Notes: generated by a model from the sequence alone, not told the origin. Positions 1 through 10,242 are shown, counted from the first letter of the stretch. The stretch: DNA of 45,772 nucleotides from Candidatus Hodarchaeota archaeon (GCA_016839785.1 JAEOTQ010000057.1:1-45772); one strand, 5' to 3'. Translations and numbers: made by a program.

Positions 1-1183
1 AGATCAAATATTGTAACAAATTTGAGTATATGGATTTAGAAGAAAAGAAAGAGATGGAATTTGATACAATATTCCGTATTTTCTCAATGACGAAACCTAT
101 CGCATGTCTTGCAGCTTTGATGTTATATGAAGAGGGGAAATTTGACTTAGATGCCCCTATCTCGGACTATTTACCCGAATTTTCTAACATGAAGATATTA
201 GAATCAATGGAAAAAGATATTGTAAAAACAAAAGACGCTAAGAATAAAATACGATTCAGACATTTATTTAATCATACTGCGGGTATAAGTCATGCGTTGT
301 TTACAGAATTTAAAAATGAGCATGAACAACTCTACATTAAAGAATTGGGAGAATTTACTGAGAATTTTCATAATCTTGGATCATTAGAAGAACTATCTAA
401 AAAAATTGCTCAATTACCACTAGCTTTTGAACCAGGAACAAAATGGTGGTATGGGTTGAACCATGAGATATTAGCATGGTTTGTTGAGCAATTATCAGGC
501 ATAAGATTTGATGAATTTCTAAAAAAGCGAATATTTGACCCCTTAGACATGAAAGACACCGATTTCTATGTACCCGAAGAAAAATGGAGTAGATTATCGA
601 AAGCGTATGTACAAAATGCTATAAAGAATCCCCAAAATTCAGCTCCCTCAAAACAGCCTTCAATACCACAGAAATTAATAGAATATAAAGAATTTACTAA
701 AGCCTTTGGTGTTTTAAAACCCGAAAAGATGGCAGATAATTTCAAGAAACCCCCAAACACACTTAGTGCCTCCGAGGTCTCGTTTCGACATTATAGGACT
801 ATCTCAGATTTTGTATTATGTTACTAAATCAAGGGAGGTTTAATGGTAATCAAATTTTTGAACTGGAATCAGTGAAACTAATGAATATCAATCAATTGGA
901 GGATAATAAAACCTTGAAAGATGTCATATGGCAAGAAGAGCCTTGGAAAGACTTTTCACATCTTGATTATGGGATGGGATTGGGAGTAAGAGTAAAAATA
1001 AACCCCGATGATAATAAAAGTGAAATTGGAGAGAATGGTTGGGAGGGAGCTGCGGAGACAAAATACTGGATAGACCCCCAAAAAGAGGTAATAGGCATTT
1101 TAATGACTCAAATATTCAGTTCAGATTTTTATTTTATTGATTTTAACGTATTAATGAATCTGACGTATGATTTAATAAAATAG
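1..1183 (+). pseudogene. Serine hydrolase (class C beta-lactamase-like) pseudogene, 5' end outside window
   Basis: Motifs FRIFSMTK (SxxK), HTAG and FEPGTKWWY are in ORF 30..827, whose frame is open to the window edge. The conserved GLVSTxxDYxRF motif is in a different frame (shift near 774) and contains an in-frame TAG at 794-796. The C-terminal GWEGAA..WIDP is in ORF 818..1183. Confidence 0.85.
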
Positions 1184-1366
1184 AAATATACATACACTTT
1201 GTGAGTTAATAGGGGTGAACGGTTTTTATTAAGGATTTTTAAGCAGGGAATGCTTAACTGTATATACTCTTGATGTCATTTAACAAAGGTTAATACACAT
1301 TGTACATGCCCCAGTACTACATTTTGGGATATGTCCAACGTTAAGCGATATTCCGTAAGCTCTAAA

Positions 1367-1404
1367 ATAAGAGAAGAGATTTTCTTCTCCACTTTTTCTC
1401 TTAT
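1367..1404. repeat. Inverted repeat ATAAGAGAA...TTCTCTTAT (overlapping alternative hairpin GAGAAGA/TCTTCTC) upstream of the DUF1295-photolyase operon
   Basis: Arms read directly at 1367-1375 and 1396-1404; function unknown. Confidence 0.35.
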
Positions 1405-1547
1405 CTCAAATAAATCAATATAATGATAAAAGCAATACTGTTTTAAGTAAATAATTTGAGAAAGAATCCTTGTTATTTACCTCTATCCTAATAAAATGGA
1501 ATTAAAAACAGGTAGGTAAAGTTTTTCTACAAAAAAGTTGATTAAAT

Positions 1548-2426
1548 ATGAATTCTAATGATATTAAGTCCTTAATTGCAATATTGATAATTTTATTGCT
1601 CTCTACAGTTTTGGCTCTCGCGGGAAGTCATGAAGGTGCAAGAGTATTTGGTGGAATACCTTTGTTCACTCTTGGAGTTGCTATAGCCTTTATTATCCAA
1701 TGGATAGCATTCATACCCGCATATCTCAAACAAACAGAAAAATTCTTTGATTTAACTGGCTCTGTAACTTATAGCCTTGTAATTATTGTAACCGTTTTAT
1801 TGAGTCCTAAGATAGACACACGTACAATTTTACTAATGATTCTGGTTTTAATCTGGGCGATTCGTCTAGGGTCATTCCTCTTTAGGAGAGTCATGAAAGC
1901 AGGTGAGGACGAACGGTTCAGAGAGCTAAAGAAATCGAGTATAAGATTTTTGCTTACTTGGACTCTTCAAGGGTTATGGGTGAGTTTTACATTAGCAGCT
2001 GCGTTGGCGGCTATTACTGCAGAAAAACGAGTTGATTTAGGAGTTATTGGTTATATAGGATTAGTTATCTGGATTATTGGTTTTGCTTTTGAAGCAATTG
2101 CAGATTATCAAAAAAATAAGTTCAGATCGCTTCCAGAGAACAAAGGAAAATTCATCAATACTGGTTTATGGTCAATATCTCGTCACCCTAATTATTTCGG
2201 AGAGATTGTGATCTGGATTGGCATCGCAATAATTGCCCTTCCAACGCTGGAGAGTTGGAGATGGCTAACACTTATATCCCCAATTTTTGTGGCACTACTC
2301 CTTACTAAAATTAGCGGGGTTCCATTACTTGAGAAACGTGCGGACGAGAAGTGGGGAAATCAAGAAGACTATCAAGAATACAAAAAAGTCACACCTGTAT
2401 TAGTTCCAAAGCTCTCTTGGAAGTAA
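1548..2426 (+). CDS. DUF1295 family membrane protein (steroid 5-alpha-reductase/ICMT-like)
   Basis: Multi-TM protein with WAIRLGSFLF, EDERF, EAIADYQK, GLWSISRHPNYFGE and SGVPLLE motifs. Confidence 0.9.
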   Translation: MNSNDIKSLIAILIILLLSTVLALAGSHEGARVFGGIPLFTLGVAIAFIIQWIAFIPAYLKQTEKFFDLTGSVTYSLVIIVTVLLSPKIDTRTILLMILVLIWAIRLGSFLFRRVMKAGEDERFRELKKSSIRFLLTWTLQGLWVSFTLAAALAAITAEKRVDLGVIGYIGLVIWIIGFAFEAIADYQKNKFRSLPENKGKFINTGLWSISRHPNYFGEIVIWIGIAIIALPTLESWRWLTLISPIFVALLLTKISGVPLLEKRADEKWGNQEDYQEYKKVTPVLVPKLSWK

Positions 2427-2454
2427 CAAAATCTGATAAGAACGAGGTAATTCC

Positions 2455-2907
2455 ATGCTGGGAAAAGTAAAAGAATATCTTGATCAGTCTATAATTCCAT
2501 TAAGACTTTCTGGTGTAACAAAATCCGGTTGGCCATTTGGAGTGAGTCTCTGGTATATTTATTTGGATGAAAAAATCTATTTAGCGACTATTGAAACTGC
2601 AAAAGTTGTCAAACATCTTTCAAACAATCCTAAATGTGCTTTTGAAGTTTCAAGTGAGATTCCTCCATATTGTGGAGTTAGGGGACAAGCATCAGCAAAA
2701 ATCATCGATTCAAAGGGCGATGAAATCCTAAGACTACTATTAGAAAAATATTTAGGTGGAACTGATAACCGTTTAGCCCAGAACCTATTGAATCGTAACG
2801 TGAAAGAAGTTGCCATCGAGCTCACTCCTATTAATATGTATCAGTGGGATTTCAGTCAAAGGATGAAAAAATTAGTTACACCTTCGATAATTAAGGTGTG
2901 TCCATAA
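2455..2907 (+). CDS. Pyridoxamine 5'-phosphate oxidase-like (FMN/F420 split-barrel) protein
   Basis: G-x-P...SLWY, 'NNPKCAFEV', 'GVRGQASA' and 'WDFS' are typical of the PNPOx-like fold. Confidence 0.8.
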   Translation: MLGKVKEYLDQSIIPLRLSGVTKSGWPFGVSLWYIYLDEKIYLATIETAKVVKHLSNNPKCAFEVSSEIPPYCGVRGQASAKIIDSKGDEILRLLLEKYLGGTDNRLAQNLLNRNVKEVAIELTPINMYQWDFSQRMKKLVTPSIIKVCP

Positions 2908-2956
2908 AGATGGTTGATTCAATGAGAAAATACTCTCAAATAGTAGAAATAAGAGG

Positions 2957-3775
2957 ATGTTGAAAATGATAGAAATACTAGGCTTCTCTTTTCTAATTTT
3001 ATTTGTATTTTTCAGTGGATTTTACTTATTGGCTCTAAAACAAGGGATATACAATACAGTAGATATTGCATATGGATTCTCATACATTTTAATTGCAGTC
3101 TATGCATTGATTATGAGTGAGGATATACTAATTAAGAGGAAAATACTTACTACGGTACTTGTTTCTCTCTGGGGAATTCGAATTGCTTATTTCCTGACCA
3201 TTAGAAAATATGGCAAGGATGAAGTGACCAATGAAGATAAGCGTTTTAAAATAATGCGTGATAGATGGGGTAAGAGTAGTACATGGAAGGGGTTCTTAAT
3301 TCTATATATTCCACAAGTCTTCACAGTCCTTTTAGTTTCCTCTCCAGTTTCTGTAATCAATTTTTACAGCAATGCTTCAAAACTAACTTTTCTTGACATT
3401 ATACTCCTAATCTTAATTTTCATTGCAATAATAGGTGAAGCGTTGAGTGATTATCAACTATTTCGCTTTAAAAGCAATTCTTCAAATAAAGGCAAAATCT
3501 ATTCCGGAGGATTATGGAAATATAGTCAACATCCCAATTATTTTTTTGAGATCATGATATGGTGGGGATTTTGGCTCTTGGCTATTGTTTCAGTACCTAC
3601 CAACCAAATGCTTTGGGCTATAAGTTCTATAATTGGACCAGTGCTCATTACATTAAGTCTATTGAAAGTATCGGGTATTCCACTACTGAAGAGACGATTT
3701 GAATCAGAATCTGACTATTCTGAGTATAGTAGACGAACTTCCGTATTAATTCCATGGATACCGAAAAAGAAGTAG
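2957..3775 (+). CDS. DUF1295 family membrane protein (second paralog)
   Basis: VDIAYG, WGIRI, EDKRF, EALSDYQL, GLWKYSQHPNYFFE and SGIPLL motifs. Confidence 0.9.
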   Translation: MLKMIEILGFSFLILFVFFSGFYLLALKQGIYNTVDIAYGFSYILIAVYALIMSEDILIKRKILTTVLVSLWGIRIAYFLTIRKYGKDEVTNEDKRFKIMRDRWGKSSTWKGFLILYIPQVFTVLLVSSPVSVINFYSNASKLTFLDIILLILIFIAIIGEALSDYQLFRFKSNSSNKGKIYSGGLWKYSQHPNYFFEIMIWWGFWLLAIVSVPTNQMLWAISSIIGPVLITLSLLKVSGIPLLKRRFESESDYSEYSRRTSVLIPWIPKKK

Positions 3776-3800
3776 AATTGATAAGATCAGAGGTAATAAT

Positions 3801-4208
3801 TTGTCAGAAGTTCAATATACTACTGGAGTTTGCAATATTGGCGAAGCTGAAATTAACCAGCGACGACGTATAGGATATATAGGCCTTGGGCTGACATTAG
3901 TCTTCCTTATTGGATATGTAGCAATGATTTATCTCATAAGGTTACCTCCTCTTTTTGGAGTAATTGTGTTCATACCTGCAGAAATATTAACGGTAGGATT
4001 CCTTCAGGCCAGGAAAAAATTTTGTGCAGCCTACGGGTTGACTCGTCGACAGAATGTATCCTCAAAAATAGGCTTCACTATAAAAATAGAGGATTCTTTA
4101 GCCCAAAAGAAAGACAGAAATAAAGCTCTTGTAATTATTATCCAATCTATTATCCTGGCATCAACTATTACTATTTTAACACTGTTTCTGGGATCTATAC
4201 TTTACTGA
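3801..4208 (+). CDS. Small 3-TM membrane protein with YxxGxCNIGxxExxRR and FC motifs
   Basis: TTG start after GAGGT. Hydrophobic segments; motifs shared with the C-terminus of 9487..10242 and with ORF 9294..9473. Confidence 0.8.
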   Translation: MSEVQYTTGVCNIGEAEINQRRRIGYIGLGLTLVFLIGYVAMIYLIRLPPLFGVIVFIPAEILTVGFLQARKKFCAAYGLTRRQNVSSKIGFTIKIEDSLAQKKDRNKALVIIIQSIILASTITILTLFLGSILY

Positions 4209-4336
4209 CAAATCTACTGATATGTTGGAAAAAATCAATTCTATCCGTATATGGAATCAGATTTAGGATACCTTTCAGATTTATGTTTTCCAATTCAATG
4301 GGGGAAGCAATCTAAAAAATATAGGAAATCAATACG

Positions 4337-5230
4337 TTGAAAATTGGGTTTGTAGGTTCCGCAAATACAACAATTAATTGTAGGCCAGACAAGTCTTTTC
4401 GACTAGCCTCATACACCAAGAAAAAAGCATTAGAAATAATTGAATCAAATTTAACATGTATTCAAAAGACAATCGAGTTTTGTATTCGAAATCATTTCTA
4501 TTTTTACCGAATTGCAGATTTTATTCCATTTTTCTCGCATTCTATTTCAATATCGTGGGTTCAGATTGAAGAGATCTTTTCTGAATTATTTTTAGATATC
4601 GGAAAAAGAATTAGGAATAATGATATGCGAATCAGTATGCATCCTGGCCAGTATACAATACTAAATTCTCCTAAGGAAGGAGTTCTGAACAATAGTATTA
4701 AAGAATTAGAGGCGAATGTCTGGATATTAGATAAGCTGAAGCTAGACCATACCGCAAAAGTACAAATACATGTAGGGGGGATATATGGAAACAAAGAAGA
4801 AGCGACACTGCGCTTCATAAAAAATTTTCAACGCTTACCAGAATTCATGAAAAATAGAATTGTTATAGAAAATGATGATCGGTTATTTGATTTTAAAGAC
4901 TGTACAGCTCTCTCCAAGGAGCTAAACATACCTGTTGTATTTGATGTGTTTCATCATACTATTAAGAACAACAATGAGAGTACTTTGGAATCTTTAAACA
5001 TATTAGGATATTTATGGGACAATAAGGACGGTATCCCCATGGTTGATTGGAGTTATCAAGAAGTAGATGCACGAATGGGAAAGAATGCCAATACAATTGA
5101 TCTCATGTTATTTAAGAAATTTATTACTGAAATTAGTGATGAGGATTTTGACTTAATGCTTGAAATACGAGATAAGGAAAAAAGTGCGCTTCAAGCAGCC
5201 AAATTATTGCGTACACTTGGGCGATTATAG
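4337..5230 (+). CDS. uvsE: UV DNA damage endonuclease (UVDE)
   Basis: SMHPGQY, IHVGG, IENDD, FDVFHH and MLEIRDKE motifs; abuts the photolyase gene. Confidence 0.92.
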   Translation: MKIGFVGSANTTINCRPDKSFRLASYTKKKALEIIESNLTCIQKTIEFCIRNHFYFYRIADFIPFFSHSISISWVQIEEIFSELFLDIGKRIRNNDMRISMHPGQYTILNSPKEGVLNNSIKELEANVWILDKLKLDHTAKVQIHVGGIYGNKEEATLRFIKNFQRLPEFMKNRIVIENDDRLFDFKDCTALSKELNIPVVFDVFHHTIKNNNESTLESLNILGYLWDNKDGIPMVDWSYQEVDARMGKNANTIDLMLFKKFITEISDEDFDLMLEIRDKEKSALQAAKLLRTLGRL

Positions 5231-6613
5231 ATGAGTCAAAAAGATGAAACAGGGAATAATTCCCTTTTTATTTTTCGAAGAGATTTACGTCTAGTAGACA
5301 ACACCGCTTTTTGCGTAGCAGTGGAATCATCAAAACTCGTTATTCCAGTTTTTATTTACGATTCACATCTTTTGAATAACCCAAACCGCAGTTCAAATGC
5401 AATTCAATTCATGCAGGAATCCGTCCTTGATTTAAAAAGACAGTTAAAGAAAGCAGGAGGAGGGATGTATTTATTTAAAGGGAAACCTTGGATTATTGTA
5501 AAAAATTTGCTCAGTGATAGGAACCTAGACATTAAATCAATCTTTATCAATCGGGATTATACTCCTTATAGTCGGAAGCGTGATGAATTAATCAGAAAAA
5601 AAGCTAAGGACAGAAATGTAAGATTAAGGATTTTCAGTGACCTATTATTGAATGAACCTGAATCAGTATTAAAAAAAGATCGGACACCATACACTGTTTT
5701 CACCCCTTTCTATAAAAAGGCCTCTGAAATGAAAATAACCCTTCCTAATAAAGTTAAGCCAAATAATATGTATTCTGATTCCATTGAAAAATTGTCCGAC
5801 TTTAAAGGTCTGGATATTTCAACGAATTCTGATATATTCATTAAGGGAGGAAGAGAAAAGGGAAAAATAATACTGAAGAACATCTCTGAGTTTAGTAATT
5901 ATGAAACTGAAAGAGACTATCCTGCGATAAAAGGAACTACCTTGCTTTCTCCACACCTACGATTTGGAACCTTATCAATACGAGAAGTATATAAAGCCAT
6001 CTCAAGTCAGGGTAACATTTCACTGGTACGACAGCTTTACTGGAGAGATTTTTACCATTATATTGGCTTTTATTTTCCACATGTATTTACTGGATCTTTC
6101 CGTAGTAAATATGAAAATCTCCAATGGGCTTATGATAAAGAAGCTTTTAAAAAATGGACCGAGGGAATGACTGGCTTTCCAATCGTAGATGCAGGTATGA
6201 GACAGCTCAATAAAACGGGTTATATGCATAATCGTGTTCGAATGATCACTGCATCTTTTTTAACTAAAGACTTACACATCAATTGGCAATGGGGAGAGCG
6301 TTATTTTGCACGAAAACTGTTGGATTATGATATCTCAGTGAATAATGGAAATTGGCAATGGAGCAGTAGTACAGGTTGTGATCCAGTACCCTACTTCCGT
6401 ATTTTTAATCCCTGGACTCAACAAAAGAAATTTGATTCGAAATGTCTCTATATCAAGGAATATATTCCAGAGCTTCAAGGATTAACCCCGAAGGAAATTC
6501 ATGGCCTAGAAAAACAGAGGCCTAAAGGATTAAAATATCCCAAACCGATTGTAGATCATTCAAAGGCTCGAAAAGAAGCAATCTTAATATTCAAAAACAT
6601 TCAGGAATTCTGA
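5231..6613 (+). CDS. phrB: Deoxyribodipyrimidine photolyase (photolyase/cryptochrome family)
   Basis: FRRDLRLVDN, YTVFTPF, LSPHLRFG, QLYWRDF, TGFPIVDAGMRQL, GYMHNRVRM, NNGNWQW and FRIFNP motifs. Confidence 0.96.
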   Translation: MSQKDETGNNSLFIFRRDLRLVDNTAFCVAVESSKLVIPVFIYDSHLLNNPNRSSNAIQFMQESVLDLKRQLKKAGGGMYLFKGKPWIIVKNLLSDRNLDIKSIFINRDYTPYSRKRDELIRKKAKDRNVRLRIFSDLLLNEPESVLKKDRTPYTVFTPFYKKASEMKITLPNKVKPNNMYSDSIEKLSDFKGLDISTNSDIFIKGGREKGKIILKNISEFSNYETERDYPAIKGTTLLSPHLRFGTLSIREVYKAISSQGNISLVRQLYWRDFYHYIGFYFPHVFTGSFRSKYENLQWAYDKEAFKKWTEGMTGFPIVDAGMRQLNKTGYMHNRVRMITASFLTKDLHINWQWGERYFARKLLDYDISVNNGNWQWSSSTGCDPVPYFRIFNPWTQQKKFDSKCLYIKEYIPELQGLTPKEIHGLEKQRPKGLKYPKPIVDHSKARKEAILIFKNIQEF

Positions 6614-6666
6614 AACCAGTCAACGTAGAACCAGCTGTACCTATCTAATGTTAAAAGCTTATACAG

Positions 6667-7401
6667 TCAAAAAATACGCCCTAGTGAAGCATCTAATATC
6701 TTTCCAGTCATTAAAGGGGTCATTGCGGCAAACTCTATCATCTCATTCAAATCCTCTGGTAATAATGGATATTGTAGAAGTTGTTTAGTTATTCGTTGAG
6801 ATGATAAGTCTTCAAATGGAACACCAGTCTTCTCTGATTTCTTCTTTAATTCTCGATTGTGCCGATCAGTAAAGACGTATGTAGGAGAAACTCCATTAAT
6901 ACGAATTTGCGGTGCTAAAACCTGTGCCATTGACCGAATGTAATATACTAACCCAGCTTTGGCGACTCCATATGATAATTTATCCAATGAAGCTTCATAT
7001 GCAGAAGAACTAACTATATGGACAATAGCCCCAGTAGTCATAACTTTAGTTGCCATTTGTGTTAATAAAATAGCAGAAGTTAAATTCACTTTTATAACAC
7101 GATCGAAAAAAGCAGGATTAATTTCTAATGGGTTTTTAGAGGCTAAGGATCCCCCTATAGCATTTATGATGATATCTATCGATCCACATTCAGTTTTTGC
7201 CCATTCATTTAACCTATCAATTCCTTTTTCAGTTGTACAATCAGATGAAAAGCTTTTAATGCCTGGAAAACGATCACCTGACATTTTTAAACTCGTTATA
7301 AGAACTTGATTGTTTTGTTTAATGAGTTTGTTCATTATAGCTTCTCCAATCCCTCCAAGAGCGACACCAGTAATTAGAATATTTTTATTTTCAATGATCA
7401 T
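6667..7401 (-). CDS. Short-chain dehydrogenase/reductase (SDR)
   Basis: ITGVALGGIG Rossmann motif, YGVAK catalytic motif and RINGVSP. The start is probably ATG 7401 rather than TTG 7461. Confidence 0.85.
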   Translation of the reverse strand: MIIENKNILITGVALGGIGEAIMNKLIKQNNQVLITSLKMSGDRFPGIKSFSSDCTTEKGIDRLNEWAKTECGSIDIIINAIGGSLASKNPLEINPAFFDRVIKVNLTSAILLTQMATKVMTTGAIVHIVSSSAYEASLDKLSYGVAKAGLVYYIRSMAQVLAPQIRINGVSPTYVFTDRHNRELKKKSEKTGVPFEDLSSQRITKQLLQYPLLPEDLNEMIEFAAMTPLMTGKILDASLGRIF

Positions 7402-7548
7402 ACCTATTTTCCTCAATTCAAAATTAATAGTTTTTACGTAATAAATTCTAGGACAAATCAACTTTGAGTATAGAAAAACGTCTTTAAAAAGGAATTAATG
7501 TCATATTGAAAAGCGATTTCAATTCATAGAAATTAAGGAATTAGGAAT

Positions 7549-9225
7549 ATGGAATCAAAATGGTATAAATCTTGGCCAGAAGGAGTCAGAAAGCACTTAG
7601 ATTATCCTAACGTCACTCTTCATAAACATTTTGAAGATATCGTAAAGAAAAATCAGGACAACCCTTTTCTGTCAATTCTTGGGATGAATTTCTCATATGG
7701 GGAGGTCAACGAGCAAGCTAATCGTTTAGCAAATGCTCTTCTAAAGAGAGGTATCTCGAAAGGAGATAAAGTGGGAATATTCGCACCGAATATTCCTCAA
7801 TGGGCGGTAGCCTTCTTTGGAATCTTAAAAACAGGAGCCACTGCTGTCTTAATCTCACCTTTACTTGGTTCAGAAGATCTAAAATATCTGATACTAGATT
7901 CTGACATAAAAATGATACTAGCGCTTGATTTACTTTATCCTAAGCTTGCAGATGATTGTTTTGACTGTCCAGTTTTGAGTGACGTAGAAAATATTATTAT
8001 TACATCACTGGGTGACCTCCTATCTCCTGTAAAGAGATTTCTGGCAACAGCAATACGCAAACTACCTAAAAGCCCTCCTATTCCAAAGAACGTTTTAAGA
8101 TATCAACAGCTCTTGAATGAAAATGAACCAGTCCTAAATAGTGTAAAATGCGATCCAGATGAAGACATTGCCGTTTTGGCCTATACAGGAGGGACAACAG
8201 GAACCCCAAAAGGTGCCATGCTTACACACAAAAACATTATCAGCAATATGCGGCAAGCGCGGGAGTGGGCTATTGCATCACATCCAGAAGGGATACGAAA
8301 AAAATTCTTAGGAGCTGTTCCGTTTTTCCATTTAATAGGATTAACTACCGTGTTTCTTGCTACTGCAGAGTTCGAAAGTACAGTATATCTTGTTCCCAAT
8401 CCGCGAGAATTTGAATCAATCTTAAAACTAATCCAGAAAGAAAAGATAAATTATTTTCACGGAGTTCCAACTTTATTCAAAGCTCTAATGAAACAACCAA
8501 ATTTCAATAAATATGATATGAGTTCTCTCGATATTATTTTCTCGGGTGGTGCACCACTGCCTGCAGAATTAGCTTTGGAGATAGAAAATTCATTTAAAAA
8601 TGCAATTGTAGTAGAAGCGTACGGTATGACTGAATTATCCCCTATGGTCTCCGCAAATCCCCTAGAAAAAAATAATAGAAAATTTGGCAGTATTGGTCTT
8701 CCCATTCCTGATACCAAATTGAAGATTGTGGATGTAGATACAGGAAAAGAGATACCACAAGGAGAATCTGGCGAAATATGTGCTAAAGGTCCCCAGGTCA
8801 TGATGGGATATTACAAAAGAGATGAGGAATCCAAACTTACGATTGATGAAGAGGGATGGCTACATACTGGGGATATAGGTAAAATGGATGGAGATGGTTT
8901 CTTTTTTATTCAGACTAGAAAGAAAGATATGATCATTGTATCAGCCTATAAGGTTTTTCCGCCCGAATTAGAATCTTACATCGAAAAAGAATTTCCACAA
9001 ATTGAGGAGGTTGCTATTATTGGCGTTCAGGATGAATATCAAGGGGAATCAGTGAAGATGATTGCAGTATTAAAAGAAGGAAAATCATTAACAGATCAAC
9101 AAGTCATATCCCATTTGAAGGGGAAAATTGCATCATATAAGATTCCAAGATTTATTGAATTTCGATCTGATCCCTTGCCTAAAACTGGAATCGGAAAAAT
9201 AGATAGAAAAGCCCTGAAACAGTGA
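7549..9225 (+). CDS. Long-chain fatty acid-CoA ligase (AMP-binding superfamily)
   Basis: YTGGTTGTPKG AMP-binding motif, EAYGMTE, GWLHTGDIG and LPKTGIGKI. Confidence 0.93.
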   Translation: MESKWYKSWPEGVRKHLDYPNVTLHKHFEDIVKKNQDNPFLSILGMNFSYGEVNEQANRLANALLKRGISKGDKVGIFAPNIPQWAVAFFGILKTGATAVLISPLLGSEDLKYLILDSDIKMILALDLLYPKLADDCFDCPVLSDVENIIITSLGDLLSPVKRFLATAIRKLPKSPPIPKNVLRYQQLLNENEPVLNSVKCDPDEDIAVLAYTGGTTGTPKGAMLTHKNIISNMRQAREWAIASHPEGIRKKFLGAVPFFHLIGLTTVFLATAEFESTVYLVPNPREFESILKLIQKEKINYFHGVPTLFKALMKQPNFNKYDMSSLDIIFSGGAPLPAELALEIENSFKNAIVVEAYGMTELSPMVSANPLEKNNRKFGSIGLPIPDTKLKIVDVDTGKEIPQGESGEICAKGPQVMMGYYKRDEESKLTIDEEGWLHTGDIGKMDGDGFFFIQTRKKDMIIVSAYKVFPPELESYIEKEFPQIEEVAIIGVQDEYQGESVKMIAVLKEGKSLTDQQVISHLKGKIASYKIPRFIEFRSDPLPKTGIGKIDRKALKQ

Positions 9226-9293
9226 AATCGAAGTACATCTCACTTATTTCCTCTATTACGTTGTTTTTAAAATCTCGGAGCTATTAATCTTCG

Positions 9294-9473
9294 TTAAAAT
9301 TCCAATAGATATACAATCGCAGTCACTATAACAGCAGAAATTATGGATAATCCTGTTATTTGTAGTGCTTTCCGGAAATCACGTTTTCGCATTTCCTTGT
9401 TACTGACCTTTCCAGTGTAAAACATCGTTGTCATTGCATCAAGCGAAAAAAATCTTTCTTTTTGTCCTGTCAT
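9294..9473 (-). CDS. 59-aa single-TM protein missing from the ORF track; homologous to the C-terminal part of the CNIG membrane protein
   Basis: Manual translation: MTGQKERFFSLDAMTTMFYTGKVSNKEMRKRDFRKALQITGLSIISAVIVTAIVYLLEF*. It is preceded by TAAGGAGA (upstream stop plus SD-like site) and aligns with KIEDSLAQKKDRNKALVIIIQSII of 3801..4208. Confidence 0.75.
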   Translation of the reverse strand: MTGQKERFFSLDAMTTMFYTGKVSNKEMRKRDFRKALQITGLSIISAVIVTAIVYLLEF

Positions 9474-9486
9474 CTATTTTATCTCC

Positions 9487-10242
9487 TTATTTCATAGAAT
9501 ATTGATTCTTTAATGCGTTTGTGACGCAGAACTTGAAAAAATATTGGTAGAGTCCTTGAAAAGACATAAACAGCGGAAAAACAATGATTAAACGTAAAGT
9601 CCGGAAAAATTCTGCATAATCGGGTGTAAGCTGTTCTAGATATACAATTCCTATTAAAATTAATAAAGAAAGTGCACCGAGCCCGAATCCTGTTAATAAT
9701 CTTCTTTGTCGTTCTTGAGGCCCTATATTACATTGGCCTGGCTTATAACCTAAGCTTTTAAACAGAAAACCTTGAACTCTTTGCCGATTCTCCTTATCTG
9801 TCATAATTTTATCGACTTTAGGTGAAGGAATAATGTTCTCTTTGATTAAATGATCCTTAATGGTTTCATTAAAATGTTCTGTTTGCTTTTCAACAAAGTC
9901 ATTAATTCCATCTGGATAATTCCCCGCCATAAAGCCATTAATAAAACCACTTGTTCCATGGATAAATTTTTCGCTATTCTTTAAGTCAACATCAGGGGAA
10001 AACTGGCCAAAAACCAGTTTCATTCTATAGTTTCCAATATTCTTAATGGCGAAAGATTTATTCTCAAAAATTACAAACTTAATTTCATCTTGAGCCATTT
10101 CTTGCGCAAATGCTGAGAGTGCCTGAAAAAGGCTAGATTGTAAAATATATTCGTCGGATTCATTTTTCTCATCCTCACGGGACCAGTGAAACAAAGGAAT
10201 TCCTGAATCTTGTATTACAAAAACTTCATCGATAGTATTCAT
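9487..10242 (-). CDS. Longin/roadblock-like N-terminal domain fused to CNIG membrane domain
   Basis: The N-terminal 'VFVIQDSGIPLF...SSLFQALSAFAQEM..EIKFVIF' is typical of Asgard longin-like domains. The C-terminus has YKPGQCNIGPQERQRR, 2 TM segments and KFC. Confidence 0.75.
   Translation of the reverse strand: MNTIDEVFVIQDSGIPLFHWSREDEKNESDEYILQSSLFQALSAFAQEMAQDEIKFVIFENKSFAIKNIGNYRMKLVFGQFSPDVDLKNSEKFIHGTSGFINGFMAGNYPDGINDFVEKQTEHFNETIKDHLIKENIIPSPKVDKIMTDKENRQRVQGFLFKSLGYKPGQCNIGPQERQRRLLTGFGLGALSLLILIGIVYLEQLTPDYAEFFRTLRLIIVFPLFMSFQGLYQYFFKFCVTNALKNQYSMK

Noticed and set aside
794-796. In-frame TAG as possible pyrrolysine or readthrough codon
   Set aside because: It is accompanied by a frameshift, and TAG is used as a normal stop by other genes in the window (e.g. 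3775, 5230).
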